The position numbers and the translations under genes were made by a program. A model generated the notes under the pieces. It was not told where the DNA came from, searched no databases, and saw only the letters and a list, made by a program, of their open reading frames with translations. DNA of 63,856 nt, counting the filler, from Hausera hauseri (lineage: Eukaryota), in NCBI GenBank assembly GCA_046269625.1. It is 10 parts of 10 records of this genome, joined end to end, with 100 filler letters (N's around TTAATTAATTAA, not from the genome) between each part and the next. Parts side by side here need not be neighbours in the genome. Positions count along the whole stretch, not along the records: positions 48,782 to 52,827 come from JBJURY010795424.1; positions 52,928 to 58,826 come from JBJURY010171861.1; positions 58,927 to 63,856 come from JBJURY010388700.1; 7 more parts are not named here. One strand, 5' to 3'. This document shows positions 49,087-62,130 of the stretch, piece after piece. Positions within the stretch are counted from its first letter, which is position 1. Every line of letters starts with the position of its first letter.

Positions 49087-50130
49087 TCAAGTACCAAGTA
49101 AATGCTGTGATGCAAAAATCCAACTCTGTGCAGTGTATCCGTGCCACTCGACAAGATATTGTCTTTTCGAATCTTTTCCACGCGAACGTAGAATTTCCTG
49201 AATACGATATACATCGGGTTTCTCAGGAAGTACCTGCAGTTCCTGTTCGTAGAATTTACCGCGTATTTCCTCACCATTTTCATCTAAAACGTGCATAACA
49301 GGTGTTTGTTTCGTGTTGATTGCAGAAATTGGGAAAACCTCATCGCTCCAGTTCTGATTGAAATTTTTAATGAATGGCGTTGTACTTATTTTTAAAATAC
49401 GAACGTAAGCACTGATTTTATATTTTGAGCGTTTAATTGCCAGTCGTGTTTGGTTTTGATAAAGCCACATGTCAAAATCATCGATTACGTCAACTGGGCG
49501 CATTCCGTTGATTCAACGGTGTGTTGAGTAATTGTATTCGTGAATAATATCCGGCAGTACATCTACCCAGCGTTTGTTTCCTTGCTTCGTAAAGAATTTG
49601 TTTCGGCGACCGCGCAATGTTCGATTAAGTCGTTTAACGATTGCAGCCTTGTATTGGGAAAACACCGAGTAGTGGTTTACGCCTAACCATTTCAAGACCG
49701 CTGCAACGTGGACGTTGTAGAATTCCTTACCCAAATCCGTTTGTACATATTTTGGTGGTTGTTGTTCAATTAATCTGTGAACAGCATAGACAATCGCTTT
49801 ACCGGATTTATATTTCACAGCAATTGCACATGCAAAACGACTAAACACATTAATACATGTCAGCAAGTACCGATACCCATCGTTGATGCTGGCATACGGA
49901 ACCATTTCCATCAGATCAATTTGCCATACATTATTTACACCGGCAGCACGGTATGTACGAGTTGGAAATCGCCTTCTTATCGGTTTGTTTAGACTGTATG
50001 CTAACTGTTTCCCGAGATAACGTTGGGTCTGTTGCTGAGTCTGTTTGACAGTCTTTGCCAGTTTGTCGATGCCAGTATACCCGACGGGATGACGCAGGTT
50101 GAACCACACGTCGCATATGGGTGTTATTTT
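49087..50130 (-). pseudogene. Polinton integrase with C-terminal chromodomain
   Basis: WQIDLMEM, QTDLGKEFYN, KAAIVKRLNRTL, YNYSTHR, NWSDEVF, GKFYEQELQ, YRIQEILR...YLVEWHGY...SWI. Confidence 0.92.
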
Positions 50131-50270
50131 CGTCGTCGATGGTGCCGATTTTACTTGCATTACAACAATTTGAACAAAACGTAAATGAAAGATTCGGTAA
50201 ACTGGGACAGAGGGATGAAAACCATGCACCCATATCGCCAATCGCCATATACTTAACGCCATTGTTTATA

Positions 50271-50594
50271 CTAAACTGTTCCACCAATGAGTCCACCCAA
50301 TAATGAAGTGACAAGCGGTAGAATTGCAGCAAGGAATTTTTTGTCTTGCTGGTACATGACCTCTCGTTTCGGTCGTTTACTAGGAGCGTTGGCAAGGCCA
50401 ATGAGTCGTTTCCGGTACTTTAGTAAATTCCGCTTTTCACTACTAATGTCAACGTGACCCACAGCGATATTGTACAAAATTATCATCAAATCGTCCACAA
50501 CAAATTGCGGAAATGATCGCAGCATGTTTTGCTTATGTCTCGTAGGTGCCTTGAGCAAAGCAATAAAGTACGGCTGATTACGTTTGAATCGCAT
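50271..50594 (-). CDS. pX/PZ-like core protein, copy 2
   Basis: Homolog of 47724-48098. Confidence 0.7.
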   Translation of the reverse strand: MRFKRNQPYFIALLKAPTRHKQNMLRSFPQFVVDDLMIILYNIAVGHVDISSEKRNLLKYRKRLIGLANAPSKRPKREVMYQQDKKFLAAILPLVTSLLGGLIGGTV

Positions 50595-50884
50595 TTTTTG
50601 GACGTATTGATGCTGATGAGACGTAGTTGTTTATAACCGTTGCCACTGTGACGGTAATTTGCATCTAGCTGCTGCTTTTGTTGTTCGAAGCACAGAATTG
50701 ATTAATCGCTTAACTGTAGCGGCGCTTCCATTTGATACACGTTTCTTGCCGGACATCCGCTTGGTACGTTTACGTTTAACAATCGATTTTCGGAAATTCT
50801 TTATTTTTGTCATAATCATGTCGTCGATTTTCGGATTTGTTTATAGACATATACAACTTTCTGGTTGAAAATGTTTGTTCATAC

Positions 50885-51460
50885 ACGCATGTGATCGGGA
50901 CACTGTTGTGTAAAGTCTATGAACTAGTATCCGTGTGGCTCGGTCGTAGCATCATGATATGCATCTATCAAGTAGGCTCGGTTGTGAGGAAATGCTTGTC
51001 TTGCAACATAATGAATGATAGTCTGATCACAGAGATTTTTGAACAACACCAAATAGTATACGTTTAGATTTCTTGTTCGATACTGTCAACCCTGATGGAA
51101 CATGTTTTGCGTAATGAAAATAACCGTCACACCACAGTGTTGTGAGATCTTCGTGAACTGGTTGTTAAAGTCGGTTGGTTTCGCTGCCTCTTGAAATAAA
51201 TGGTCGATAACAATAACGTCACCGTTGCGGAATCTCTGACCAGTTTTCATTAAACCCATTAATTACCGTTATCGATTTTAGTTTACAAAATTCCCGATGT
51301 GTCAAACCAGACTCACCATCATCACCAACACCCTGATGCCAGTATATGTGATTGCACCGCAATGAATGGAACATGTCACGGTATTTCTGCAATAGTTTAC
51401 ACAATAGTTTCCACTGGGGCCTACAATCTGAAAAATGGCATCATTCTGCAGCTTCATCTA
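50885..51460 (-). pseudogene. Packaging ATPase, copy 2
   Basis: MKLQNDAIFQIVGPSG..., IFITQNMFHQG, YTIWCC/LVLFKN region; frameshifted homolog of 46905-47498. Confidence 0.85.
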
Positions 51461-51553
51461 ATAATAGTAATAATAATACAACCTTTCCTTACATGATTTG
51501 TTTATAATCATGTTACACTCATAAATGGCTATAGAATAAACACTGTTTCAATA

Positions 51554-52010
51554 ATTTAGCTAATATCAACTATCGCGAACATGTTACCGAATGTGACATT
51601 AACACACTATCTTTTAATCAGTGGAAGCTGAGGCAGTATGTCCTCAAGTGTCCACCAGATTTTACATGCATCATATTTCAATCGGGAAAATGTCGTATTA
51701 TGGGTTGTAGCAAACCAATAACATCTGACAATTCGGAATTGTCATTGACCAAATTCAATCAATAACGGTAACGACTCAGTTAGGCTATCAAACAATCAAT
51801 CTGTAAAAATTAGCAATGGCCACTGAATGTACGTATGAATCCGAACTGTTTCCTGTATTGAGATTGACATCGTTTCGCCCACTCTGTGTCAATGTGTTTA
51901 GCAATGGATAAATTGTTGCACTCGGTATTCGGACAGCGGACTATGAACCGATTATTATTTAAGTTAAAAACCACATAAATGTTTTAGTGAATCAAAATAA
52001 TGCACATTGA
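51554..52010 (+). pseudogene. TBP-like gene, copy 2
   Basis: LANINYREH..., TCIIFQSGKCRIMGC, YESELFPVLRL..VNVFSNG*IVALG; disrupted. Confidence 0.85.
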
Positions 52011-52827
52011 AGAACAAACTATAAATACCATTCCCATGCTCATTCAGGCATTACTGCCATGGAAGACGACGAAAAAACGATTCTACTCAATAATGCCAAT
52101 GATAAAAGTTCAGATTGGTCGTGGTTGTTTGGCTACAAAAAGGACAATTCTAATGTCAAATTGCTGGAAACAAAAGCAAAACCTGTCTAACAATTAGAAA
52201 AACCAAATGGCAATTGTCTGGAGGACGATTATCATGTCGATTGTTTGGAAACGAAAAAGGAACTTGCTCAGAAGTCAGCAAAACTGACGTTAAAAAGGCA
52301 AGTGGCAGTGATTGGAATACATAAACGAAAATAAAAACCTTCACGCCAAACACAGACATTTTTACCGAAACGAATTTTTCTCAAGTATAAAATGCGTTTT
52401 CTTCAGACGCCCGTACTGATTTCATTGAATGATCCCGTGTCTCTATGTGCACCCAATTACAGCTATCGTGTAAAACGGCTTTCAGGTGAAAATTTAGATA
52501 AACTTTCTAATGCTTTACATCAATTAAACGTGGACTGAAAATTGAACGAAACAACCGTGCAACAGCAATCTATCGTTTTACCGGCACAGAAAACGAAATT
52601 GTTTGATTTTATCGGTCGCGAAATGTCTCATGTACCCGATGATGATTTAAAATGTCGACTGAATATTGAATTGCAAGGGTACAAGTAAAAAGCCGTATTA
52701 AAAGCCCAATTTGGCGTATAGCTGAAGTACATTTTAATTATCAATAAATTTTGTTGTTGTTTTACCGTTCTTCTTCTTCTTCTTTCATTAACAACGAGTA
52801 TAAATATACGTGTAATTTTAAAAAATA

Positions 52828-52927
52828 NNNNNNNNNNNNNNNNNNNNNNNNNNNNNNNNNNNNNNNNNNNNTTAATTAATTAANNNNNNNNNNNNNNNNN
52901 NNNNNNNNNNNNNNNNNNNNNNNNNNN
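52828..52927. other. Artificial contig spacer
   Basis: N44-TTAATTAATTAA-N44. Confidence 0.98.
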
Positions 52928-55900
52928 AGGCCATTCGATTGGAGATGATAAGGCGTAGTATGTATGTGATGGATCCCCAATCGGTTAACTAGGGATTTTA
53001 ACAGGTTGGATTCAAACTGTGGACCCTGGTCCGTGATGATGAAGCGAGGTGATCCATACCTTCCAATCCAAGTGCAGATGAAAACGTCTGATATGGTGTT
53101 TGTGTTCGTGTTCCGCAGAGGGATGGCTTCTGGCCATCGCGAGGCACGGTCCATCATGGTAAGGATGAATTGATGTCTGTTGTCTGGAGGAAGAAGGCCA
53201 ACGATATCGATATGCACGGACTCGAAACGCGATGTGCAGGGAAAGTGAAATAGTGGTGGCTTTAAGTGCTTAGTTGTTTTGTATTTTTGGCATGCCACAC
53301 ATTCCTTAACCCTTTCCTGCACATCAGAACGCATTGACGTCCATATTACTTGTCGATGAAGTAGACGAAAAGTGGCTTTAGCACCAGGATCGTGTAATGA
53401 ATGCACGCTGTGAAATGCTTGCCTTTGCAATGATGCTGCTACAATTATTAAGGAATTGCCTCGTTTGGAGGTGTCTAAAGCCACGCCGTCAACGAATGTG
53501 CAAGATTTGAAAAACTTAAGCATGTTCTGAGGTGGTTGGTTCTGTTGTAGTTGGTCTTGCGTAAAAATCGGAGGAAAATTAATAGAACTAAGCGACCTAG
53601 ATAAAAAATCAGCAACTAAATTGTTAACTCCGTTAATATGTTTAATATCAAAGTTAAATGTCGATAAGTATGATATTTATCGTTCTTGGCGTGTGGAAGG
53701 GTGTTTCATGGCCATGGTGTTAAGTAAAGGCTTATGATCTGTTTGTAGGGTGAAATGACGAGTAACAAGCAGGTGTGAGAAGTGCTTTAAAGCGAGAACG
53801 ATTGCCAATAGTTCTAGATCAAATGTAGAATATATGGTTTCAGGTGTTGTTAGCTTGAGGGAAAAAAATTCTAAAGGTTGGTTTTTCCGTTATAGATCTG
53901 GTGGAGTACAGCGCCTACAGCAGTGGTTGACGCGTCAGTGGTAAGGATAAGTTCTGCATCAGGCTAAGAGAAAGCTAGAATATCAACGGTTTTGATGCCT
54001 TCGCGTAGCTTGTCGAATTTGTCAACCAATTCAGGTATCCACTAGATTGGCTGATGTTTTTTGCCGCCGCTTAGATGTGCGAATGGTGCTGTCAATTCCG
54101 AGCAGTATGGGACGTATTTATGTACAAAGTGTAGTGTGACAAGGAAGCTACGCATTTCGGTGGTTGTTCGTGGCAACTGGATGTTTTTAAGAGCTTCGAC
54201 TCGGTCTGATTGGGGAGAATGACTGTCTGGTGTAATAACGTGGCCTAAAAAGTTAATGCGCTTTTTGAAGAAGTTCGTTTGTTGAAATTTATTTGGAGAA
54301 TATGATGGGTAAGACGTTGGGATATTGCGCAAAGGTGTTCTTCGTGTTGTTTGGGGGAAGATGAAACGACTAGAATATCGTCAATATAAGGGTATGCAAA
54401 CGGGAAATCTGCAAGATTTGAATCGATGTGGAGCTGAAAAGTTTGTGCAGCATTTTGCTAACCAAATGGCATAAATAAGTATTTATAGAGACAAAAAGAA
54501 GTAGTTGCAGCGGTTTTTTCTATGTCTTCGGGTGCCACCGGTATTTGATGGTATGCGTTAGCTAAATCAATGGTTGAATAGATGGTGGTTAAATTGAGAT
54601 GATGCAGGATATCCTTGATGAGTGGTTAAGGATACTCGTTCCTGATAGTCAAGTTGTTTAGCTGTCGGTAGTCACCGCATGGTCTAAAAGTATCGTCCGT
54701 TTTTGTACAACGTGTAATGGTGATGACCAGGGAGATTTGGAACGGCACACTATGCCGGAACGTTCTAGATCAAAAAATTCGGCTTCTACGGCCTGTCTAC
54801 GACGAGGTGACAAAGGTCGTACCTTTTGACGTATTGGACGTTGATGCTGTGTAACTATATGGTGTACAGTGCTGTTGGTGGAAGTGAAAGTACGATCTTT
54901 TTTAAGTACGCGTAAACATGATTTGTTGATGAACTGTTGTAAAGTTGTAGGTAACTGTGAGAGATTTGGTGAAGGTGGTGAAACAGCTTGAGTAGTATCA
55001 GATGCAATTTGTGAGTTGTTAGGTGATGTGCAGTCAAGTGGTATTTGGTGTAATATGGTTGAATTGAAGATGGTGTTGGATGAAGTTACTTCGCTGAATG
55101 AAACAATGTTGGTGGCAGTACTACACCAATCGACATCAAATCTCAATCGTATATCCATATTATTGTTTAAAAATTTACGAATAGAATTATTATAAAAAAT
55201 CGAATTATTCATAGACTTTTTTAAGATAGGCTTCCGCATTCCGGTCGACTATGCGGTAGTCGAAAGGCTATTTACATGTCCAGGAATGTCGCCAGCGGTG
55301 CCTTTCCTCAAACGCCGCTGACTGCAGTTAACCAGTAAGTTGTAGTGTGACAGAAAGTCAGATTCTAAGATTGCCGACTGTACGTTAGCTACTGTGAATA
55401 TCCAGTGGAAGGGTGAAAGAAAATTTGGCAGAGTGAAACCTAGTTTATTTGTACCAGAAATGTGCAGCGATTGGACTGAAGCAGTGTATAAGTGTTTGCC
55501 CATGAATGGAGTATTTTGTGCGGAAAAACTTGATGGTAGTAAAGAAATTGCTGAACCTGTATCGATGAGAAAGTCAATAGATTGTGTTGAAGGGGCAGTG
55601 ATTGCAGCCTTTAGAGTAAAGACTGCAAAATAAACGTGTCGGCGTGCAGAATGTAAAGCAGTGCCTTTGCCATTGTTTGCCGTAACCTCTGGCGGCGAAC
55701 TTAGTTTTTTTTAAAAGATGAAGTGGGACGACTGTGAGAAGTGAAGGCAGTAAGTCCGTCGTTCGTATTGGATTTAAAGGTGCAGTGGGAGATACATTCA
55801 CGTGCTTGATTTTTGAATCTTGCATGGTAAATGCAAACAACGGTGTCCAATGAAAATTTATGGTTATAAAACTTGCATCCTAGGCAGCATTTCTGGGCAT

Positions 55901-57144
55901 TAGTGTTACACCTGTTGTGGTAATATCAGATGGACGCACGCGCAGGCCATGGTGAGCGGTTTCGTGGCGAAGAACGGGTACGATCAGCGGCAAAAAACCC
56001 CCTCGGCAGGACAGAGATAATTCGCTCAATTTATTATTGATGTTGTTGATTGTTGCATATATTGCAATGTTTTCAGCACGTAGCTGATTAAGTTGTTGCT
56101 CTATAGATGTGTTATCATTTGCGGTAACTGCTGCTGAGACTACTGGTTGAGAATTTGCGTGTGTGACATTGTGTGTCCTATCGGCTAATTCGGCCAATTT
56201 TTCAAGCGGCGTGGAGTCTCCCACCACGGTAAGGAGGGCCCGGATTTGCATGGGTAGCGCATTAAGAAAATAGTGGTGTAGAAGATCTGGGTTGTGCTCC
56301 TTAGTGACACAAAGAATACGTAAGTGTGCCAACGAGGTGCGTAGGAAGTCACTGGGTTTTTGTGTCCCCATTGCATTTTCATTAAAGAAACGTTGCAGTA
56401 TGGAGTCAATTGAAGGTTCTCTCTGTTTTAATACTGCGTCGAATAGTTGGGTATAAGGGTCAGAGTGTTGAAAGATACCCAGTAAGTTATGTATTGATGC
56501 CTTTATGGAGTTGGGAGAAGGTAAAGTAGGATATGGGCTTTGGATAAGGAGTCTGTGATACCGTTAGACTGTAACCAGAGTTAATGGAAGTGGGGACACG
56601 TTTTGCTGGACTTTTCATTATCTATGTAGTCAGTGCAATGTGTAGAAGTATTGGTAGGATTTTTGTGAGAAGAATTTGCGTCAGTTGAATTAGGTGGCTG
56701 ATTTGGTTTGGTGTAGTAGAGAATGGGTGTTGCTCTTTTTGTGGTGGTTGTATCCGTGGTGTCAATAGTTGGCGAAGGGTTTATGCCACCATGGATACGG
56801 AGATGTATTTTGAAGCAAGCGTGATTTGAAAAAAAAGGTAAAGTTTTGTTGAGATGTATGATAGTACCGTGATGGCTGAGATAAAAGTCTGAAGAATTAA
56901 GGAAGAAATGCAGGTCTGTAAGTGGAAATGTGTGGATGTGTTGTATTGAGGGTATAGATGTGTATATTGTTAAAAAATGGAAGTGGGAGCAGTGGTACGC
57001 CTGGGGGCATGACGTGGGACCGACGTCGAAGGCGCCACCGACCAACCGGCGTAGGGTTGGCGGTCGAGACTTCCGCCCGGTGGGGCGGGCACCAAATTGG
57101 AGGGTGCCAGAATTTCTCCTCAACGGTGTCGTCATTGGTGCTCG

Positions 57145-58055
57145 GCATTTCTGAATTGCCATCATGACGTCTCTAGGCTTAACTGCATCGCGATAGTTCA
57201 TAACAATCGATATGAATTTCCCTTTATTTAAGTCGGTTTTAGTTGTTTTGTGATCTTTAAGTAAGACACTCGTTGTGATTGTTCGACCGATGAACTGACA
57301 TTTAAAGCGTGTATCGTGCAGAATTGGAGAATACGATATTGACTTTGTATGTACTTCTTTCAAACCAGAATTCATCGTTATTTCAAATCGCGTTGATGCT
57401 GTAGGTGAACTAATCATTAGAAGTATTATTCGATTGAGATTAGGATAATATGGTGAATTCCTGAACAATAAATATTTACAAACGTCATAAAGAGCTTCAC
57501 TATTAAAAGTTATAGACAAATCACACGTATCTGGTGTTGTATGACTATGAAATACGCTATTGTCTGGTTCAACGATCGCCGTAGACATTATCGAGCTGGG
57601 GAATTATGCCAATTGTATTCGGTTTGTTTTGGGATAAGCAACAGCTAATTGCTGAATTAACAGGGCGCCAACTCTAGACCCCGTATCGCCACCCATACTG
57701 TTAATGACGATAAATACATGCAAATTATACGTTATTTCAGCTAGTTTAAATAGCAGCGGTCGAAACAATCTTATTAATCGTAAAGCAGAATTGAGACTTC
57801 GTTGAGTAAAACTGTTATCGGAATCTTCACGGTTAGTAATCATTAATTCCTTATTAGGAATATTTCGACATGCACCGGTTTTAAACTTATTTATGCATGT
57901 TGGCTCTGAATCGCCGAATATCCCCTTGGATTCAACTTATAGTGGTTTACTGGTTGGGATAATGCTGTTGTTCGGTCAGGTTCGTCAGCTAAATCATTAT
58001 CGTTTAATGTTTTTATTCCATATGGATCAATAGGGTGTTCAAGACAATAATTCGC
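57145..58055 (-). pseudogene. Captured, divergent, internally deleted alpha-tubulin sequence
   Basis: YCLEHPIDPYG (YCLEHGIQPDG); ELMITNREDSDNSF (EQLITGKEDAANNY); NSMGGDTGSRVGALLIQQLAVAY ([23 protein letters not shown]); STAIVEPDNSVFHSHTT, EALYDVC, PYYPNLNRII..ISSPTASTRF; GKFISIVMNYRDAVKPRDV (GKYMACCLLYRGDVVPKDV). Confidence 0.93.
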
Positions 58056-58204
58056 AGGGGGCACTGGCGCAATGCACTTCAAATTGACCGCTATATATAA
58101 AAATCACTAGACGGTATTCATTTATAAAGTAGTGGTTGTATAATTCTAGTTGAAAGAAATGTTACTTGGCACCGAGTGTGTATCCTTTGGTTACAAATTT
58201 CGCA

Positions 58205-58330
58205 GCGTTCGGGACTCAACGACGCAATGGATGCCAATAAATCGTAATTAATCGACGGTGAAGCTTCCAATTTTGGTTGCCAATTATCTGGCGGCGGTGC
58301 TGGCAATGAAATTAGAAATTGCTTCTGTTT
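58205..58330 (-). pseudogene. RCAN: Captured calcipressin/RCAN fragment
   Basis: [38 protein letters not shown] vs RCAN [38 protein letters not shown]. Confidence 0.85.
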
Positions 58331-58412
58331 AACCAACTCTTTGTAATGCCCGATTAGTTGTCTTACGTAGTTCTGTCTTTTGCTGACCTTGAATCATTTT
58401 TTTCAGCTTTTT

Positions 58413-58510
58413 GTTGGCAGCATACGGCAAGCGAACTTTAGTGATTTGTGTCGTTTTGCAACATTCATTACACTGACATGTCTGACTCTTGAGATTAGCA
58501 ATGACCATTT
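58413..58510 (-). pseudogene. POLR2B: Captured C-terminal fragment of RNA polymerase II second-largest subunit
   Basis: MVIANLKSQTCQCNECCKTTQITKVRLPYAA vs RPB2 [30 protein letters not shown]; not in ORF track. Confidence 0.8.
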
Positions 58511-58564
58511 GCCGAGCTTTCGACGTAATCGCTTAATGAAAATCATATCGCTTAGACTTGTTTG

Positions 58565-58725
58565 TCAAGTGTTTGCGCCAGCCAAAAGCCGTAAATTGCA
58601 ACATGAAACGTAACATTTGGTGCAGCAATCATTAGGGTGTTCTCCTCTGGTTATTCATGGTATCGATATCAAAACCATTACAAGCTGACACCAAGATTCC
58701 ATCAACACACTCTGAACAAGCTGTA
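58565..58725 (-). pseudogene. Captured ankyrin-repeat fragment
   Basis: NGFDIDTMNNQRRTP/LMIAA/KCYVSCCNLRLLAGANT across two frameshifts. Confidence 0.5.
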
Positions 58726-58826
58726 TAAGATAGTAAGTATGAAGGGGAAGGAATGTAAGTATCATGTAGACATCCTGTTGCTATAAATAATTGCCTGTTT
58801 TCACATTTTGCCTTGAGAATTTTTCT

Positions 58827-58926
58827 NNNNNNNNNNNNNNNNNNNNNNNNNNNNNNNNNNNNNNNNNNNNTTAATTAATTAANNNNNNNNNNNNNNNNNN
58901 NNNNNNNNNNNNNNNNNNNNNNNNNN
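58827..58926. other. Artificial contig spacer
   Basis: N44-TTAATTAATTAA-N44. Confidence 0.98.
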
Positions 58927-61900
58927 GTGGACTATAAAGACTTTTACATGTATCTGTTCTTTGATCTTAACTCCTTGTTTCTGTAATCCTGTCTATCGTC
59001 TTTCGATTATATGTCAGTTGCATGTGTATTTGAATTTACATTTTTTTATTGCATTTCATATTGACAGTTCATGTATTGATATGTGAATTATGCATACGTT
59101 AAATAAAAACCCATCCTTTTGTTAACTATTCTTCTGATAAACTGCATACAGTAAAGAAGGTGTGTTTAGTTGTGGAGGAAAAAGTTGTGAGGGTTGATAG
59201 TCTGGTCTAGTGAAGGTTGGTTAAAGAAAGAATATGGTTACCAACTATCCCTCCCTGGAGAGCCGGTGACTGGCGGCTTGCATACCGCGTCAATCCGGAG
59301 TCGCACAAAATGGTAATCACCACATATTATTAATGGCGCCGTGACCGCTTTCGAACCTGCGGTTAACTGACATATTATTAATGCCTGTTCTGACACTTGT
59401 GGTTGTCGTCACTTTGCTAAAGTACTCCACCTATACATTAAACTAATCACGGATATTTTCAACCTCATTACTCCTTTTCTGGAGAAGTCTTCATTTCAGA
59501 ACACAAGGTTGATTCAGGTTAGAATCATTCATATTGCACCTGTTCTTCGACCTGTGTTTGGCGACAGTACAAACATTTTTTCACATCAGTATTCATAGTT
59601 ATTGGTCCTGATACCTTTCAATAAACCAATAACAGCGACCTTCCAGGGAGACAACCTCACGACTGTAAGAATCCCATTGCCTATACCCATGGTTAAATGA
59701 TCTAGATACCCAGTAAACTGACATAGAAGATTGGAAAAGTTATTATTATTGACATTTCTGTTGGAACAACCTCTGGCATAGAACTACTTTACTGCTATTG
59801 CTATTTAATCTACAGTCTATGCACTTTTAATGACACAATATAGTATTTGCAATCTTGAAGACATAATATGGTTTTTTCACATTGATGGGTAACGATATTA
59901 TTATTGATTGTTCTATTAGAACATCCTCGTGTGTGAAAATCACTAACTGCTATTGCTATTAGTAATATAGTTTCTTCATTTCTGATGGCACATTATAATT
60001 TGAGGCCATTATGAGGTCCAAGTGCTAATAATTTTGAGGTTTGGTATATGAAAGCAAAATATTTATTGCATTAGACAGGAACTATTTGATTATTCTTGCA
60101 TATTGCCAAGGGCATTGTTATTGTCATTCAGAGAAGAAATGGCAGAGTCCCAAAACACTCAAACACTACCTTTTCAAGATGACATACCTAGTGCAATGAC
60201 ACAAGAACAGATAGCACAGATCATCCAAAGTAATGCATACATGCAACAACGGATGCAACACATGCAGAACACTATTGATCAGTTACAACAGCAGTTGGAA
60301 CAAACAAAAATTATGAGTAGTATAGTAGGTCAAACACCACATCAATATACAGAGACATCATCACAACCACATCTAAGTCCGAACCCAGCAACACAAAACG
60401 AAAGTGTTGATAGGACTGATTCAGTGATGAATGCACTTCAGTCATTAGGTCAGATGGTGACTAAGGTAGATTATAATTACAAACAACAAAACATAAGATC
60501 CTTTGTCACACTTTTCGATGGGAACTCCCCAAAGCTATTTAAGAATTGGATGACACAGGCAGAAAAATATTTTTACCTCACAAATGCTTCAGACGAAGAC
60601 AAAAAGAGGATAATTTACATGACGTCCGAGGTATATGCTAATGACTTCGTTAGAAAGTTAGAGTCGCACCCACATGAAAGTTGGCACGAACTTAGGGCAA
60701 CATTAGCAAACCGTTACGCCGAAATAACAGACGCACAGTACGCAATGTACATGCTTCGATGCATACGCCAATAAGCCCATGAAAGCGTCCATATTTTTTC
60801 GGATCGTTTGATGAACGTCACGGAAGAAGCTCATATTTCCCAGCCATTGACTGAAGAAGAGCTTGGAAAAATTATCCTTCCTTTTTGTATTGATGGTTTG
60901 TCCAGCCATAAACTCAGACTACGATTAATGCGTGAGAACCATCAATACTTTAACGATGCGGTTCAGTCGGCAGTAATTGAGGAAAACCTACTCCGACGTT
61001 TCCATTTACGCTCTAGTAGAGAGGCTCCCTCTAGCAATTATGGAGACGAACCTACGGTAATTATCAATCTCTCAGAGATGATAACAGAGGGATGTACAAT
61101 AAGACACAGGAAGGACAAACAAGGGACGCTGGCAAACAAATCATATGCTATGCATGCGGACGGGCAGGACACGGAATCGCCGAATGTCGCACCCTCCAAC
61201 GCCAAAGGCAATCCATCATTTGCTTCCATTGTGGAAAACATGGCCACACAGCAAGCCAATGTCTCAAGAAGACAGGGCCAAGTGTCAACAGTGCAAAATT
61301 ACATGGAGACACTAAGCAGGAGAGAAAGGGATCTCAAATGTATCAAAGTCGTAACCGTCAGGGAAACGACAAACCTACCAAGTAGGGGGTTCACATCTTG
61401 GTAGGAGTCAAATGCAAAGAACCCACCCATGTACAAACCCACCCTATACCACCGATGGAAAGCAAACAAAGAATAAGGTTAAGTCTATAAACTTAGCAGG
61501 AGACCCCAGCTCGTGTGTAGTCACAATAGGGAACATGCGTATCCGTACATTGGTTGACTCAGGAGCGGGAGTAAGTTTGATTAGCCAGGCAATATATAAA
61601 TTAATACAAATATTTGCCACATTCGTTCCTACTTGTGCAAAATTACAGTCATTGTCCTAGGATTAGCTAAGATAGAATTTAAATTAGGAGAGAGTAAAAT
61701 ATTGCATGAATTTTACATCGTCAAAAATACGAACAGAAATATGATCTTAGGTAGAGACTTCCTAATGAAGAATAACGCGCGGTTATACTTCGATACCCAT
61801 CAACTACATGTAGGGGATACATATGTCGACTTGCAAGATGACAGTAGTGTGGCAGCGTTGATTAGGAAAAAAATGCAGACTAGTATTTTACCACACACTG

Positions 61901-62130
61901 TAAACATTATTATAGGCAAGTTAAAGAAAACACATATTTTAATAAGGGCGACACAATAAGAGTCACAGGACTCAAAGATAACAATATTACAGATGAACCT
62001 GGTCTAAGCGTTACAGATGGCATAGTCCAGATCCACAACACTGCTAATATCCCAGTATTAGTATGTAACCATACGGGGAAAACAGTTAAGATTAGCAAAG
62101 GCTGCATCATTGCCAGTGTACAAAAATGTA
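58927..62130 (+). mobile_element. Gypsy-type element: LTR-like region, PBS, gag with two CCHC knuckles, protease
   Basis: TGGCGCCGTGACC (tRNA-His-like PBS) at 59334; gag 60139-61385 (FDGNSPKLFKNW; CYACGRAGHGIAEC; CFHCGKHGHTASQC); protease TLVDSGAGVSLI and MILGRDFL. Confidence 0.85.

Larger units (their letters stand above)
48782..52827. mobile_element. Polinton/Maverick internal block, copy 2 (reverse orientation, diverged paralog)
   Basis: Collinear nucleotide similarity to 45530-48681; additionally shows the integrase C-terminus and minor capsid start. Confidence 0.9.
52928..58826 (-). mobile_element. CsRn1-type Gypsy copy C: cargo region, UBL-Gag-PR-RT-RH-IN (both ends cut by spacers)
   Basis: IN 52928-53523; RT/RH ~53580-54850; protease FLIDTGS ~55570; gag GTQKPSDFL..LEKLAELAD 55880-56640; UBL ending KIHLRIHGG (GG 56785-56790). 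Confidence 0.9.

Noticed and set aside
44631-52827. Apparent giant inverted repeat or palindromic Polinton
   Set aside because: The halves are separate segments with many substitutions and indels; relative orientation across a spacer is arbitrary.
5502-58926. Regularly recurring TTAATTAATTAA palindrome flanked by Ns, superficially an array or recombination site
   Set aside because: Identical 100-bp constructs with stops in six frames: an artificial contig-joining linker.
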